64,000 nt of DNA, taken from assembly GCA_043228905.1 (NCBI GenBank), contig JBHGNT010000004.1:11284001-11348000 (forward strand), read 5' to 3'. The notes under the pieces were generated by a model. That model saw nothing but the letters and a program-made list of their open reading frames with translations, was not told where the DNA came from and searched no databases. Each line of letters opens with the position of its first letter. Position 1 is the stretch's first letter. Source of the stretch: Azolla caroliniana. Lineage: Eukaryota > Plantae > Polypodiophyta. This document shows positions 63,635 through 64,000 of this stretch, piece by piece. Made by a program: the position numbers and the translations under genes.

Positions 63635-64000
63635 TATATTGTTTCGTACAAATATTCGATGTATTTACTTTTTGAAGGGCAACGCCTCCAACCACGTTAG
63701 TCCTGAGACGATCGGATGTCGAGGAGATGCGATGAGGTAAAAGGCGAGCTCCTCCTGGTGTGAGCCCACCCGAAGCCCTAATGGGATTGTAGCTTGAGTA
63801 ATTGCCCCTGACAAGAGGACGCACCCGTCGATGGCTTCAACTGGAATGGGTTTTGAGAGGACAACGACAGGTACGCCATGTGCTTGGGCAAACGCGACGT
63901 CGATGAAGCAAGAAGATGCCCCAGAATCAAGTAAAGCAACAGACTAAATGGAACTAGAGTTAAACGAAAGCCAGACCTCCAATGTGAAATTGCCTGATGG

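Larger units (their letters stand above)
55578..63687 (+). mobile_element. hAT DNA transposon with candidate TIRs
   Basis: Left CAGTGTTGCCTTTTGA versus right TTGAAGGGCAACGC (differ by transitions, right end clipped); encloses a hAT transposase; no 8-bp TSD. Confidence 0.6.
35267..64000 (-). mobile_element. Chromovirus A2, fragmented: 35267-37417, 40271-41616, 63683-64000 (continues beyond the window)
   Basis: 3' LTR 35267-35620 matches the A1 LTR; all three pieces are colinear with A1 pol. Confidence 0.88.

Noticed and set aside
41617-63682. Helitron explanation for the TSD-less block
   Set aside because: No 5' TC / 3' CTRR ends, no AT target site, no Rep-helicase

Overview
Eukaryotic heterochromatin-like DNA, probably from a non-seed land plant (inferred from Tcn1/Sushi-like chromoviruses, plant tRNA-Trp and tRNA-iMet PBSs, and C>T decay). 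It consists almost entirely of nested transposons; no intact host gene was found. Boundaries were resolved by eye from LTR pairs and TSDs. Contents: three chromodomain Ty3/gypsy families (A, B, C), a tRNA-Trp-primed gypsy family (G1, G2), a further gypsy-like gag element (D), two Ty1/copia families (X, Y), solo LTRs, a hAT transposon and an intron-containing transposase-like gene. Main signals: (1) all three chromovirus families lack a tRNA PBS and instead carry a family-specific 11-12 nt sequence complementary to their own predicted mRNA 5' end, with a compensatory change between B copies (Tf1-type self-priming); (2) several unrelated LTRs carry tRNA-spaced Pol III A/B-box modules, antisense at the U3 end; (3) a PEG10-like -1 frameshift pseudoknot is conserved across families; (4) a 22-kb block ending at a candidate hAT end splits one retroelement without a TSD. 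Family letters are my own labels; no database search was possible.
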